Assembly: GCA_963758525.1 (NCBI GenBank)
Contig: CAVWVQ010000003.1
Coordinates: 4,960,001 to 5,024,000, forward strand
Source: an uncultured Phycisphaerales bacterium
GTDB lineage: Bacteria; Planctomycetota; Phycisphaerae; Tepidisphaerales; Tepidisphaeraceae
Direction: 5' to 3'
Length of the DNA stretch: 64,000 bases
Shown: positions 25,805 through 39,037 of the stretch, piece by piece
How positions within the stretch are numbered: position 1 is the first letter of the stretch
How the letters are laid out: each line of letters starts with the position of its first letter
The notes under the pieces: model-generated
The model's input: the letters and a program-made list of their open reading frames with translations, nothing else
Told to the model about the DNA's origin: nothing
Databases searched by the model: none
Program-made: the position numbers and the translations under genes

Positions 25805-28043
25805 ATGATCGACGCCGAGCTCGCCAGCGGACTAAAGCTGCAACGGGCCGGCCGCTTTGCGGACGCGGCACGCTGCTATCACTCCTTTCTGCAGAGGCAT
25901 CCGCGGGATGCCGATGCGCTGCACCTGTTTGGCGTCCTGCACCATCAGAACGGATATTTCGACAGGGCTCTCGAGTTGATCGGCCAGGCGATCAACATCC
26001 GTCCCGGTGCCTCCGCGTTCCACGCCAATCTGGCCGAGGCTTATCGTGCGCTGGGACGGTATTCGGAGGCGATCGAATGCTGCCGGGAAGCGCTGAGGCT
26101 GCAGCCCGATTATCCCGAAGCCGCCAATAACCTTGGACTGTCGCTGCATGATTCGGGCCGGTTTGCGGACGCTGTGGAGCAATTTAAGTCCGCGCTGCAA
26201 ATGCGACCCTCCTACGCGCTGGCTCAGAATAATCTGGGCACGTCGTTGCGCGAGTTGGGTCAGATCGGGCTGGCACTCAAGGCCTATCGGGCCGCCGTTG
26301 AGCTTGATCCGGAACTTGCCCTCGCGCGGAGCAATCTCGGCCAGCTGCTCGTGGATGAGGGTCAAGCCGAAGAAGGTCTGACGCACTGCCAGGAATCGGT
26401 TCGACTGCAGCCGGGCGTGCCCGCCGCGCTGAACAATCTTGGCAACGCCTATCGCGCTCTGGAGCGATGGAGCGATGCGCAGGGCGCCTACGGTCAGGCG
26501 CTGGATTTGGCCCGGCGGGATCCCGCGCGATCCGCCGATGTCCCGCGCATCCTCGCCAACCGCGCATTGGCGTTGTTTCTGGAAGGCCGGCGCGCGAACG
26601 CTTTCCAGTTGTTCCGTCAGGCCATCGACCTGACTCCCAACGACGCGGCATTGTGGCGCTATCCGGGCGCCGCTCACGATGCCAACGAAGACCACGCCGC
26701 GGCGCTTTCCGCGCGGGAGAAGATGGTCGAACTGACTCCGAACGATGCCAGTGCACAAAATGCGCTGGGCTGGTCTCTCCAACAGGAAGGGCGGTTGGCC
26801 GACGCCGCCAAGTGCTATCACCGCGCGATTGAACTTCTACCATATCATTCCGACGCGCTGCTGAACCTCGGCGGTCTGTCGGAGGAAATAGGGGATCTTC
26901 CCGAAGCGCAGGCGTACTATCGGCGCTCCAGGGCGCTCTATCCGAATGCGCCGCATCCGCTCGCGCGGCTTGCTCAGCTGCTTCGCGGTAAACTTCCCGC
27001 GGATGACAAGCAGGCGATTGCGGATTACTTGCGACCGGGTAGTGACGGTGATGCTCGGACACTGCCGCCCTATTCACCCGCGCGGCCCATTGCTCTACGG
27101 GCTGGCCCAAGTCCTCGATGCGCAGGGCGAGTATGCCGGCGCCGCCGACTGCCTGGCGCAAGCCAACGCGATGGCGCAGGATCAACGGCGCCTGGCGGGC
27201 AGGAAATACAATCCGGCGTCCTACTCGGAACTGGTCGACAGGATAATTGCCGGCTTCACGCCAGCGCTTTTCGAGCGCCTCCGCGGCGCCGGCGACGAGA
27301 CGCATCTTCCGGTGTTTATTTTCGGCATGCCGCGCTCGGGAACGACGTTGGTTGAGCAGGTGCTTGCCAGCCACTCCAAGGTCTACGGCGCCGGCGAACT
27401 TCGCGTGGCGCGCGATGTCTTCGAATCAGTTCCGTCGGTGATGGGTCGTTCTGACGAGATGCTCCCCTGCCTGGCAGATCTGGATGCAACGATGGTGAGC
27501 AAACTGTCCCAGCGTCATCTGGATGCCCTCCAGGCCATATTGAAAAGTTCGTCGATCGATGAACAGCCGCTGCGCATTGTGGACAAGATGCCGGACAACT
27601 ATTTGTACGTCGGGTTCCTGCGCATCCTGTTTCCGCGAGCCGTGTTCATTCACGTGCGCCGCGACCTGCGTGATGTGGCCGTTTCCTGTTGGATGACCAG
27701 TTTTCGCAATATTCGATGGGCGGACGATCCAGAGAATTTGGGGATGCGGTGCAGAGACTACCGGCGTCTGATGCGCCACTGGGAAAATGCCTTGCCGGCG
27801 CGGATGCACGAAGTGGTCTATGAACGGCTTGTGGACGATTTCGAAACCGAAGCCCCCCGTCTGCTGGCCGCCTGCGGCCTGGACTGGGAACCCGCCTGCG
27901 GAAAGTTCCATGAGACGTCCCGTCCAGTGCGCACGGCCAGCGTGATTCAGGTCCGCCAACCGCTCTACCGCAAGGCGGTGCAACGCTGGAAGCACTATGA
28001 ACAGCCGCTGGCGGAGCTGTTCGCCCGGTTGCCTCTAGACTAA
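25805..28043 (+). CDS. TPR-repeat sulfotransferase family protein; frameshift near 27075
   Basis: Many TPRs (e.g. PDYPEAANNLGLSL, ALAQNNLGTSL). Then FIFGMPRSGTTLVEQVLASH (5'-PAPS loop), IVDKMPDN, IHVRRDLRDVAVS and VRTAS.IQVRQPLY. Confidence 0.9.
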
Positions 28044-28260
28044 ATGGGCGATTCCTTGCCGGCGCGGTAAGCGCGAAAATAGGCAAAGCATTTAGTGCCT
28101 TTTATCCCTACTTCCACCGGCAGGAGGCTGAAACACGGGGTCTTATCGTCCTGGCCAGGAAGCCCGGGAGAAGTGACGCACGTCTCGCTCTTTTCGCTTG
28201 CAGTTTGTTGCGAAGCCCGTATTCTGCCATCGCTCCAGCACACTTCCGGAAGGGAATTAA

Positions 28261-31062
28261 ATGCCGCGCACATCCTGGTTGAAGAAGTCCTGCCGTTCCG
28301 CCTCTATAGGAACGATGCCGCTCGCGATACGCTTGCGACACGCTATGCGGCCGGTTCTCGAAGCGTTGGAACCCAGGCGGTTGCTTTCGTCGTACACGGT
28401 CAGCAACACCAATGTGACCGGGTCGGGAAGCCTCACCAATGCCATCAACTCTGCGGTCGCGAACGGCGGCACGTCCACGATCACCTTCAGCGGAGTGGCG
28501 AGCAATTCCTCGATCAACCTCGGTTCAGGTGACGCCAACTTGAACGCCGCCATGTATGGGCCGACGGCATACTTCATCCACGGCAGTGCCGGGACGCAGA
28601 TCACCATCGATGGCTCAGGCGCGCCGGGTCTGGCGATAGACGGGGGTAACGATCTTCGGTTGTTCGCGGTGACGAGCGGCAACACGCTGATACTCAAGAA
28701 CCTGTCGGTTTCAGATGGTTTGGCATCAGGCGGTGACGGAGGCGGCATCGCGGGCGGCGGCGGCGCGGGGCTCGGCGGCGCAGTCTACGATGATGGGGGC
28801 ACGTTCACGGCTCAAGCCTGCACCTTCAGCAACAACGTAGCCTCTGGAGGAAACGGGGGCGAAGGGTCCGGGGACGGGGGTGGAGGCGGCATGGGAGCGC
28901 AAGCCGTCGGCTTTGACGCCAGCAATGGCGGCGGGGGCGGTGGACAGGCTGGCGGGACTGGAGGCCAAGGCGGCCCCGGCGGATTTGGTAGCGGAGGCGG
29001 GGACGGTGCCCCCGGAATCGCGGCGTACCAAACAACGACTGGGGCGGGCTCGTCCGGAGGCGGCAACATCCACCAACATTCGGCCGCATCTGGCGGCAGT
29101 GGCGGTGCCGGCGGATTTGGCGGCGGCGGCGGCGGAGGCGGTCCGGCTGATAGCGGTCCTCGGGGCGGCCCCGGGGGCACGGGAGGCTTCGGCGGCGGAG
29201 GCGGAGGGGGCGGCACCAAGTTCGGGAGCGCCGGGTCGGCCGGCTTCGGTGGTGGTGCTGGCGGCGGCGGCGGCAGCGTTCAGCAGACCGGCGGCAGCGG
29301 CGGCGGAGGCGCGGGCCTCGGCGGCGGGATCTTCGCCAACGGCGGCGCGATCACTCTCAACGATGACACTTTTAACGATAACTCGGCCATCGGCGGTGCA
29401 GGCGCCAACAGCGGCCAAGGGTTGGGCGGCGCTGTTTTCGCCCGCAACGCCACCCTTACCGCCCTGAACGACACCTTCAGCGGGAACACCGCCGATCAGG
29501 GTGCTCGCGGCGTTTACCTTCTCGGCGATGGCGCGTCCGCGTCGGCAACCATCAGCAATACCATCATCGCGCAGAGCGACACCGCCGTCACCGACTTCGT
29601 TGCTTCCTCTCTGAACGGCGGAACGAGTTCCACGAGCGGCGTCGGCAACCTCATCGGTTCGCAGACCGGTTTCAGCGGCACCATCGTCAGCAGCGCAAAT
29701 CCGCAGTTGTCGCCGCTGGCTGCCAACGGCGGCCCGTCCGAGACGATGGCCCCCAGCAAGACCAGTCCCGCGGTCGGCGCCGGCAACCTCGCGGCGAGCT
29801 CGAGCCTGAAACAGGATCAGCGCGGCTTGCCGCGCCTCAGGAACAACAACTCGCTGGATATTGGAGCCTACGAGATACAGGATTCCGAAACCACTACTAC
29901 TTCCCTTGCAAAGAACACGACTGCTGCGGTCACATACGGACAGAGCGTCACATTCACGGCGACGCCAGCGGTTGTGAGCCCCGGCACGGGCACCCCCACC
30001 GGAACAGTCAAGTTTGAAAACGGCTCGGTTGTGATTGGAACCGTCACGCTGAACAACGGGATCGCGACCCTCCCGATCAATCTGCCTGCAGGCAAGTATG
30101 CGATCACGGCGGTCTACAGCGGCGATCCCACGTTCGTTGCGAGCACCTCTGGATCGGTCACTCAGACCGTGAATATGGCGGGCACGACCACCACGCTCAC
30201 CAAGAGCAGCTCCACCGCCCTGCACTACGGCCAGAGCATTACCTTTACCGCCAAGTCGGTCGCCGTCAGCCCCGGCTCGGGGACGGCCGCTGGCATCGTG
30301 ACGTTCGAGGCTGGAACCACGGTGCTCGGCTCCACTACGCTCAGCGGCGGCGTAGCCAAGTTCACCACAACCGCAGTTCCCGCAGGCAGCAATTCGATCA
30401 AAGCTGTCTACGGCGGCAGCGTCAATTTCGTGACCAGCACATCTGGTTCACTTAGCCAGACGATTACTCCGACGGCGACAACCACTAAACTGACCAAGAA
30501 CACGACCGCGGCTGTCAAGTTCGGCCAAAACGTGACGTTTACCGCGACGCTGGCTCCCGTCAGCCCCGGCGCCGGAGCGCCCTTTGGCACTGTCACCTTT
30601 ATGGACGGCTCGAACTCCATTGGAACCGCTGCCCTAAGCGGCGGCATCGCAACGCTGACAGTCGGCTCACTTCCCCCGGGAAGCAATTCGATCTCGGCGG
30701 TCTACGGCGGCAACGCCGACTACACCACCAGCAAGTCAGGGGCGATCGCGCAGACCGTCACGCAAGCGGCAACGACCATCAAGTTGACCAAGAGCGCGAC
30801 GGCGGCGATTCATTACGGCCAGAGCGTGACGTTGACCGCTGCAGTTGCCGCGGTGAGTCCCAGCACCGGAGTACCAGTGGGGATGGTAACCTTCTTCGAC
30901 AACGGCAACTCCATCGGCACCGGCACGCTTGCAGGCGGCGTCGCGACGCTCACGACGAGCACGCTCCCTTTCGGCACCAACTCCCTCACCGCCGGCTACA
31001 GTGGAAACGCGGACTACGCGCAAAGCATGTCGGACGAGCTGACTCAGACTGTCACGGGTTAG
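28261..31062 (+). CDS. Array gene 8: glycine-rich (PGRS-like) secreted protein with anchor-Q-like domain and four Ig-like group 3 repeats (933 aa, intact)
   Basis: LEALEPRRLL motif; long GGxGG tract with GGFGGGGGGG repeats; DQRG.PR..LDIGAYE. Confidence 0.88.
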   Translation: MPRTSWLKKSCRSASIGTMPLAIRLRHAMRPVLEALEPRRLLSSYTVSNTNVTGSGSLTNAINSAVANGGTSTITFSGVASNSSINLGSGDANLNAAMYGPTAYFIHGSAGTQITIDGSGAPGLAIDGGNDLRLFAVTSGNTLILKNLSVSDGLASGGDGGGIAGGGGAGLGGAVYDDGGTFTAQACTFSNNVASGGNGGEGSGDGGGGGMGAQAVGFDASNGGGGGGQAGGTGGQGGPGGFGSGGGDGAPGIAAYQTTTGAGSSGGGNIHQHSAASGGSGGAGGFGGGGGGGGPADSGPRGGPGGTGGFGGGGGGGGTKFGSAGSAGFGGGAGGGGGSVQQTGGSGGGGAGLGGGIFANGGAITLNDDTFNDNSAIGGAGANSGQGLGGAVFARNATLTALNDTFSGNTADQGARGVYLLGDGASASATISNTIIAQSDTAVTDFVASSLNGGTSSTSGVGNLIGSQTGFSGTIVSSANPQLSPLAANGGPSETMAPSKTSPAVGAGNLAASSSLKQDQRGLPRLRNNNSLDIGAYEIQDSETTTTSLAKNTTAAVTYGQSVTFTATPAVVSPGTGTPTGTVKFENGSVVIGTVTLNNGIATLPINLPAGKYAITAVYSGDPTFVASTSGSVTQTVNMAGTTTTLTKSSSTALHYGQSITFTAKSVAVSPGSGTAAGIVTFEAGTTVLGSTTLSGGVAKFTTTAVPAGSNSIKAVYGGSVNFVTSTSGSLSQTITPTATTTKLTKNTTAAVKFGQNVTFTATLAPVSPGAGAPFGTVTFMDGSNSIGTAALSGGIATLTVGSLPPGSNSISAVYGGNADYTTSKSGAIAQTVTQAATTIKLTKSATAAIHYGQSVTLTAAVAAVSPSTGVPVGMVTFFDNGNSIGTGTLAGGVATLTTSTLPFGTNSLTAGYSGNADYAQSMSDELTQTVTG

Positions 31063-31222
31063 TTGCTAATGAAAAAAAAACTGATGAATTCATGACCTTT
31101 CCGCCGCATTACGCCCAATCGTATGCATTTAAAGCCGGTCGTCGTGGCGCGGCTTGAGTCTGATCGTTCCACACGTTTTGCCCCACTGGAATTGTCGGGC
31201 ACATTTTATGAAGGTGAGCTTC

Positions 31223-34003
31223 ATGGCCCGCAACACGTCGCTTCAGAAAAAGTCAGACCATCTTTCCTTCGTCCGGCTGAGTCATCGAGCGCGGCGCTTG
31301 CACCCACGCTTTGCGGCCCATCCTCGAAGCGTTGGAACCCAGGCGGTTGCTTTCGTCGTACGTGGTCACCAACACCAGCGCGAGCGGATCAGGAAGCCTC
31401 ACCGATGCCGTTAGCGCGGCGGTGGCGAACGGCGGCGCGTCCACGATCACCTCCAGCGGAGTACCCAGCGATTCCCCGATTCACCTCAATTCCGACGACG
31501 CCAACCCCGATGGCGCGGTAGAGGGGCCCACGGTGTTCGTCATCGACGGCAGCGCTGGGACCCAAATTACAATCAATGGCTCCGGCGCCCGGGGTTTGGT
31601 AATAGGCGGGGGCTTCTATGTTCGCTTGTTCTCGATTTTCAGCGGCAATACGCTGACGCTTAAAAACCTCTCCGTTTCGGCTGGTTTTGCAGCGGGCGGT
31701 GAAGGGGGCGGCGCCTCGGGCGGGGGCGGCGCCGGGCTCGGCGGCGCGGTCTACGATGACGGCGTTACGTTCACGGCTCAAGGCTGCACTCACCAACAAC
31801 GTAGCCTCGGGAGGATACGGGGGCGGAGGGTCCGGAAACGGCGGCGGAGGCGGCCTGGGAACGGGAGCCGACGGCTTTGACGACAGTAATGGCGGCGGAG
31901 GCGGCGGCGAGCTTGGTGGGGCCGGCGGCGGAGGCGGAGGCGGTGGATTTGGTGGCGGAGGCGGGGATAATACCGCCGCGGGAGTGCCAACGGTGCGTAC
32001 AACAACTCCCACACCCAACGGTGGCCATTTCACGAACACGATACCGGGCGGTACCGGCGGCGCAGGCGGTGGCGGAGGATTTGGCGGAAGCGGCGGCGGC
32101 GGCGGTCCGGCGGCGGGCGGCCCTCGGGGCGGCCGCGGGGGCAACGGAGGGTTCGGCGGAGGCGGGGGCGGAGGCGGCACCGGCTACGGGAGCGGCGGGT
32201 CGTCCGGGTTCGCTGGCGGTTACGGCGGCGGCGGACAGGGCGGCGGCGCCGGCGGCGGCGGCGCGGGCCTCGGCGGCGGGATCTTCGCTAACGGCGGCAC
32301 GATCACCCTCAACGATGACACCTTTAACGATAACGCGGCAATCGGCGGCAACGGCGCCAGCAATGGCCAGGGGTTGGGCGGCGCCGTTTTTGTCCGCAAC
32401 GGTACGCTGAATGCCTTGAACGACACCATCAGCGGGAACACCGCCGACCAGGGTGGTCGCGGCTTCTACATTCTCGCCGATGGCGCATCGGCTTCGGCGA
32501 CCATCAACAATACCATCATCGCGCAGAGCGACACCTCCGTCACCGACTTCGTGGCTTCCGACAATGGCGGCGGAACGACCACCAGCGGGGTCGGCAACCT
32601 CATCGGGTCGCAGAGCGGCTTCAGCGGCACCATCGTGAGCAGCGCGGATCCGCAGCTATCGCAGCTGGCCGACAACGGCGGCCCGTCCGAGACGATGGCC
32701 CTGAGCATCAACAGCCCTGCCGTCGGCGCCGGCAACCTCGCGGCGGCCTCCGGCCTCAAGCAGGACCAGCGCGGCCTGCCGCGCCTCAGGAACAACAACT
32801 CGCTTGATATTGGAGCCTACGAGCTTCAGGATTCCGAGAAGACCACCACCTCTCTTGCAAAAAATACGAGTGCTCCGATTACGTACGGTCAGAGCGTCAC
32901 ATTTACGGCGACCTTGGCGGTTGTGAGTCCCGGCTCCGGCACACCCACCGGGACCATAAAATTTGAAAACGGCTCGACTGTGATCGGCACCGTCGCGCTC
33001 AACAACGGGATCGCAACGCTCACCACCACGCTTCCCGCGGGAAGCAATTCGATCAAGGCCGTCTACAGCGGCGACCCCAACTTCACCACCAGCACTTCTG
33101 GTTCCCTCACCCAGACGGTTCATCAGGCGGCAACGACCACCACATTGACCAAGAATAGACAGCTGCCATCACCATACGGGCAGAGCGTCACGTTCACCGC
33201 GAAGGCCGTGGCGAGCCCCGGCGCCGGAACTCCCAGTCGGCGTCGTCAGCTTCATGGACGGCACAACCCTGCTCGGAACTGGCACGCTCAGCGGCGGCAT
33301 TGCGACATTCACCACCACCATGATTCCCGCCGGGAGCAATTCGATCAAGGCGGTCTATGGCGAGCGATACCAACTTTACCACCAGCACATCTGGTTCTCT
33401 CACTCAGACGGTTAGCAAGTCCGCCACGACCACCAAATTGACCAAGAGCAGCACGACCGTCCCGAAGCTTGGCCAGAGCGTGACGTTCACCGCGACGCTG
33501 GCCGCCGTCAGCCCCGGCGCGGGCACGTCTACCGGCGCCGTCACGTTCAAGGACGGCTCCGCCACGCTTGGCACCGGCACGCTCAGTGGCGGGGTTGCCA
33601 CATTCTCAACCGCGTCGCTCTCCGTTGGCAGCCATTCGATCACCGCCGTCTACGGCGGCGACACAAACTTCACCACGAGCACTTCCAGTTCCCTGCACAG
33701 ACGGTGAACAAGTCCGCGACAACAACGAAGCTGACCAAGAACACGACCACCGCCATCCACTCCGGCCAGAGCGTCACGTTTACCGCCGCTCACGGCTGTA
33801 GCCCGGCGCTGGGACGCCAAGCGGAATCGTCACCTTCTACGACAATGGCGCCACGATCGGCACGGGCACGCTCAGCGGCGGGATCGCCACTGTCGACGGT
33901 GACGCTGCCGGTCGGCAGCAACGCGATCACCGCTGTCTACGGCGGAAACGACATGATTCATACCAGCACGTCCGGATCCCTCAGCCAGACGGTGGACTCT
34001 TGA
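31223..34003 (+). CDS. Array gene 9: glycine-rich paralog of gene 8; at least five frameshifts, possibly a pseudogene
   Basis: AAGGTGAG before ATG 31223. Fragments 31154..31414, 31311..31880, 31687..33441, 33357..33707 and 33704..34003 are colinear with gene 8. Confidence 0.7.
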
Positions 34004-34503
34004 GAGCACTGGCAATGATTGTCGGCTGGATCGCATGACGCAATTATTGTTTTGGTGAGGAGGGGCCATGCCGCCCGCCGGCAAGTCCCGTATTGTCCGG
34101 CGGCCAAGGCCTTGGTCTTCACAACCGGCGCATCACCTCGGGCCTTAGCGGCACGGCCTTTGGCAACGTGCCGCTGCAATCAAGGGACAGCACCGCCGAC
34201 GGCGTGATTCTACTTCCCAACGGGAATATCGTCGTTGGCATCACGCGTTCTCGTTACGCATCGGCGAAAAACGATTTTATGCTTGCTTCCGAACGCGGCT
34301 TTGATAATCTCCCCCGCGACTCAATTCACACCCTTTGAGAATTGATGTTCGGCTCATCAGGGTGCTGCGCCGGGTTGCCTGGGGCATCCGGCATTTGCTC
34401 ATTTCAACTCCTTTTTTTGACGCCGTGGCGGATTGTACGACGACGGGGAGCTGGGCAGCTCAACCTCGTTTGATGCGATTCTCCGCGGAGGGAACAGTAC
34501 ATC

Positions 34504-37500
34504 ATGATCTTCCAGAAGCGCAGCGGTGCTTCCAAGTCTCTTGGCGCGAAGCAGGCCATTCGTCGTTGTGTCGATATCGAGGCTTTGGAATGTCGGCGGC
34601 TGCTGACGGCGATCATTGTAACGACCGCCGACGACTCCACGTCGCACAGCGGCGAATCGCTGCGCGATGCCATTACCACGGCCAACACCGACGCGTCCAA
34701 CGGCGCTTCGGATACGATCACCTTCGATGCCACTCTGAATGGACAAACGATCGCGCTCGAGCAGGGAGTGCTGGAGTTGCGCAAGCACGCAAGGCCAGAT
34801 CACAATCGACGGCGGCAATCAGATCACGGTCAGCGGCAACAACGCCAGCAGCGGCTTCCAAATCGACTCGGGGAGCGACGACATCTTGATCGGCTTGACG
34901 ATCACGGGTGGCAGTTCAACGGGATCCGGCGGCGGCATCGTGAACAACGGCACGCTCGTGATCCTCAACAGCACGGTTTCCGGTAACACCACGACTATGC
35001 TCGGCGGCGGCATCTATAACAACGGCGCGCTGGAGATCGCTAATAGTACGATCTCCGATAACTCGGCCCCGCAAGCCGAGGGTGGCGGGATTGAAAACGC
35101 CGGCGCGCTGCTGCTGGGGAATTGCACGCTCTCGGGAAATTTAGCCGCGTATGACGGCGGCGCAATCGATAGCGGCCAAACCGTGGCAACCGTGACGGTG
35201 GTCGGTTCGACCTTTTCCGATAACAGCAGCGATGCCGCCGCCAGCGACGGCGGCGCTATCAGTAATGACGCCAGTGGTTCCATGACGCTCAGCAACTCCA
35301 CGATCTCGGAAAACTCCGCGGTTGGGGACGGCGGAGGAATCAGAAACGGCGGTACTCTGACAATCAGCAACTCCACCCTCTCCGGGAACACCGCGAGCGC
35401 CGGCGGCGGTGGCGGCATCAATAACGCGGGAATTCTCAGGTTGCTGAGTACCATCGTAGCGGGCAACTCCGACTCCGTTGGCGACGCGGACGTCAAGGGA
35501 ACCGTCCAAAGCACCAGCACGCACAACCTCATCGGCGACGGCCAAGGCACGACCGGCATCACCAATGGTTCGAACGGGAACCAGATCGGCGCCAGCGGCA
35601 GCCCGATCAATCCGCGTTTGGCGCCTTTGGCCTATTACGGAGCCACAACGCAGACGATGCCGCTCCTGGGGGGAAGTCCGGCGATCAACGCCGGGGGGCC
35701 GCTGACCAGTCTCACTCAAAGCATCACGCCCACGGCAACAACAATCCCCGTCGCCTTGGCGGCGGCAATTGCCAGCACGTTCACCGGCAGCTTGATCCAG
35801 ATCGACAGTGAACAAATGCTCGTCACCGATGTGAGCGGAAACAACCTGATTGTCGCGCGCGGTTACAACGGCACCATGGCAGCCGCGCACAACTCAGGCG
35901 CCACGGTGAATCTCCCCACCGATCAGATCGGCCAGTCGCGGGTCGGCGCTGCGGACATCGGCGCGTATGAGGCACAGTCGCCATTTGGATCTCAGATTGT
36001 GACCACCGTTTCCGACGCCGCAATTCATACCGGCATTTCGCTGCGCGATGCTCTGGCGCTGGCCGGAGGCGATGCGTCCAACGGAGTTTCGGACACGATC
36101 AGCTTCGCTCCGGGTCTCAACGGGAAGACAATTATCTTGCGCAGGGGCAGCTGGAACTGGGCGGCAACGGCAGCGGCGAGATTACGATCAATGGCGGCAA
36201 TCAAATCACGGTCAGCGGCAACGGCGCCAGCGGGGTTTTTGGCGTTGACTCCGGGGTCAATGCCAGCATCAACGGCCTGACGATTACCGGCGGCAATGCC
36301 AGCGGCACCGGCGGCGGGATCGACAACAGTGGCACCCTCGACATCAGCAACTCCATGTTCTCGGTGAACTCGGCCTCGGAGGGGGGCGGGATTTACAATA
36401 CTGCCAGCCTGAGCATCAGCAACTGCACGTTTTCGGCAAACTCAGCCACGTACGGCGGCGGGATTTTCAATAGCGGGATGCTGTCAGCGAGCACTACCAC
36501 ATTCACCGGAAACTCAGCTTCCAACGGCGGCGGCCTGCTCAGTGCGAACGCCTCGACCGTCAACGCGTGCGCCTTTATCCAGAACTCCGCGGTGAGCGCC
36601 GGTGGTGGAATCGCCGCCGGGGGCGATATGACCATTTCCAACTCCACGTTTTCCGGCAACCTCGCCAACGCTGTCGGTGGCGGCGTGTACTGCGAGACAG
36701 GGGCGTTCGTGACGGTAGGCAATACAACGATCTACGCAAACTCCGGCTCGAACGGAGGAGGAGGCATTTTTGTGGAGCCCACGGGCGCCGATACCACGCT
36801 GCTGAACAGCCTCGTTGCCGACAACCGCACCAATACTGAATCCAATGGCCCGGACATCAATGGGATTTTGCAAAATACCAGCACGTTCAACCTCGTTGGC
36901 GATGGCACTGCGATGAGCTACGTCATCAATGGCTACAACGGCAATATCGTCGGCACCAGCGCCAGTCCCATCGCTCCCGGGCTCTTGCCGCTCGACTACA
37001 ACGGCGGCCCAACCGAGACAATGGCGCTCCTGGCGAACAGCCCGGCGCGTCATGCCGGCGGGCGCCTGACCAGCCTGAGCGCTGCCGTGACGTCCACAGC
37101 GAGCAGTATTCCAGTGGGCTTCCGAGCCGCCATCGCCAGCACACCTGGTAGTTACGTTATCCAGGTCGAGGGCGAGCAGATGCTCGTCACCAACGTCAGC
37201 GGCAACAATCTGACCGTGACGCGCGGGTACAACGGCACAACCGCCGTTGCGCACGGCCTGGGTGCGAAAGTCTACCTCGCCACCGACCAGACCGGCGCGC
37301 CGCGGGCCGGCGCTGCGGACATCGGGGCGTACCAGTATCAAACGGTCAACAGCGCCGTCAATCCGCTCCCCGCGACCGAGTCGAGCATCAGCTTCCCCGT
37401 CTCCTGGACGGGCGCGCCCGGCACGGAAGATTACCCCATCTCCTACTATTCAATTTACGTCTCCAACGACGATGCGCCGTTCACGCTCTGGAAGCACAAC

Positions 37501-38784
37501 ACAACATCCACCAGCGGCACATTCACCGGTGTCAACGGCGACACCTACCGCTTCTACAGCATTGCCACCGATTCCAATGGTGACGTCCAGATCACGCCGC
37601 CGCCGCAGGCGACGACGACCATCACCGTGCCGGCGCCCGCGGCCATCACCAGCGCCAGCGCCGCGTACATGATCGTCGGGGCTTCCAGCCCGTTTACCGT
37701 TACCGCCACCGGTTACCCGATGCCGACATTCAGCGAAACGGGGACACTGCCGGGCGGACTGACGTTCAATACGACGACCGGCGTGCTGGGCGGCACGCCC
37801 GCCACCGGCACGGTCGGCAGCTATTCCCTGACCATCGGCGCTTCCAATGACGTTGGCGCCCCCGCGAGCCAGCCGTTCACGCTCACCATCGCCAAATCAC
37901 CGGCGAAAACCACGCTGACCAAGAACACCACCGGCGCCACGAAGTACGGGCAAAGCGTCACGTTCACCGCGGCTGTGGCTCCAACCGCCACCAACTCGAT
38001 TACCCCGACCGGCACGGTCAGTTTCCAGGACGGCGCCACGGTCTTGGGGACCGCAACGCTCAGCGGCGGCAAAGCGACTTTCACCACCAGTTCGCTCGCC
38101 GTTGCCAGCCATTCCATCACCGCCGTCTACGCCGGCGACGGCAACTTCACCACCAGCACATCCAGCGCATCGACGCAAACGGTCAGCAAGGCGTCGACTA
38201 CCACCACCCTGACCAAAAACACCACCGGCGCCACTAAGTTCGGCCAGAGCGTGACATTCACGGCAAAGCTTGCCGCCGTCAGTCCCGGCGCGGGCACACC
38301 GACCGGCACCGTCACGTTCAAGAATGGCTCGACCACGCTTGGCACAGCCACGCTCAGCAGCGGCGTCGCGACGCTCACAACCACCGCGCTCCCCGTCGCC
38401 AGCAACTCCGTCACCGCCGTCTATGGAGGCGACGCCAACTTCAACACCAGCACGTCTGGCGCATTGAGCCAGACCGTGAGTCAGTCGGCAACAACCACCA
38501 GGCTGACCAAGAACACGACCTCCGCCATCCATTCGGGCCAGAGCGTGACGTTCACCGCCACACTGGCGGCGGTGAGTCCCGGCTCCGGAACGCCAAGCGG
38601 CATCGTCACCTTCTACGACAACGGCAGCACCGTACTCGGCACCGGCGCACTCACCGGCGGAATCGCGACGTTCACCACGACGACGCTTCCCCTGGGGAGC
38701 AATTCGATCACGGCCAGTTACGGAGGAGACGCCGACTTCTCGGCCAGCACGTCGGCAGCGCTGAGTCAAACGGTCACGTCATAA
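34504..38784 (+). CDS. Array gene 10: two beta-helix/anchor-Q units, FN3-like, putative-Ig and three Ig-like group 3 repeats; frameshifts near 34780 and 36140
   Basis: IEALECRRLL motif. ORFs 34504..34986, 34739..36280 and 36355..38784. Confidence 0.82.
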
Positions 38785-39037
38785 CGGTATCTGAATAATC
38801 GCCGGCAATTTCGATTCCGCCCGGGAAATAGCTCGCGACGCGGGTGGCGATGTTGTACTGTTGCCACACCGCACGTGGGCGCGCAAGGGTGGCGTATTCA
38901 ACTCTTCAGAGCGCGGCAAACGGCGCGGCGGTGCCGCGCACGCAAAATCGCTGCAGGCGGTGGTGATCGCTTTTACGGGAGACGATCGGCCAACCGCCGT
39001 GCTGATTCGCACATCCCCGAGGAAGGCTGCGTGGAGC

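Noticed and set aside
31072..31080. A9 homopolymer as a slipped-strand promoter switch
   Set aside because: It is a single short tract just after a stop codon with no identifiable promoter elements around it.
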